The notes below the pieces were generated by a model. It worked only from the letters and a program-made list of their open reading frames with translations. It searched no databases and had not been told where the DNA came from. Position numbers and translations under genes: made by a program. A stretch of 64,000 nucleotides of DNA from Oscillospiraceae bacterium (GTDB lineage Bacteria > Bacillota > Clostridia > Oscillospirales > UBA929): NCBI GenBank assembly GCA_031549605.1, contig JAVBPM010000031.1:28001-92000 (forward strand), in the 5' to 3' direction. This document shows, in pieces, positions 63,910-64,000 of this stretch (the first letter of the stretch is position 1; each line of letters starts with the position of its first letter).

Positions 63910-64000
63910 TTAGCATTTCTTATGTAATGAGCGGCTGTTATAGTCGCTCATTTGCTGTTTCTTAGCTTGACAATCCACATAGGGGAAGAAAGTGTGTTTG

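Noticed and set aside
1-64000. Scan for CRISPR arrays, rRNA genes, IS elements or transposases.
   Set aside because: None seen. The only recombinase is the prophage tyrosine integrase, and the only RNA gene recognised is tRNA-Leu.

Overview
High-GC Firmicutes chromosome segment, judged Clostridia-like and spore-forming from spoIIE, mreB, comF, ddl/murF/murI, dacB and vanW (inference from gene content only). Positions 1-17025 are ordinary host genes, mostly cell-wall and sporulation functions. A tRNA-Leu(UAG) gene (17026-17109) is the integration site of a ~46.7 kb siphovirus-like temperate prophage (17084-63865). The prophage is bounded by a perfect 26-bp direct repeat equal to the tRNA 3' end, and 12-bp tandem repeats that could be integrase arm sites lie on both arms. 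Read right to left it carries: tyrosine integrase; ImmA/CI/Cro immunity region; a plus-strand accessory block with three small RHH genes; recombination and replication genes; Dcm plus an SNF2-helicase::methyltransferase fusion; terminase, portal, MuF, scaffold and capsid; head-tail and tail genes including a 1638-aa tape measure, a collagen-like protein and an LRR protein; and holin plus CHAP endolysin. The most unusual content is a visibly AT-rich, plus-strand operon of four tightly packed genes (two junctions overlap) at 18037-21281, wedged between attL and the lysis-operon terminator. It encodes two motif-less soluble helical proteins, a 4-TM protein with acidic intramembrane residues and a coiled-coil tail, and a lipoprotein with an OmpA-like C-terminal domain. 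I recognise no described system with this composition and flag it as the best candidate for an undescribed prophage-borne, envelope-associated defence or exclusion system. Secondary points: a MuF head protein with an AT-rich C-terminal toxin-like extension and a coupled acidic ORF, a membrane-anchored ImmA protease, a three-gene RHH cluster with operator-like repeats, and a membrane-anchored MurF in the host part. All family assignments are from reading the translations, with no database search, so coordinates of adjusted starts and all functions need confirmation.
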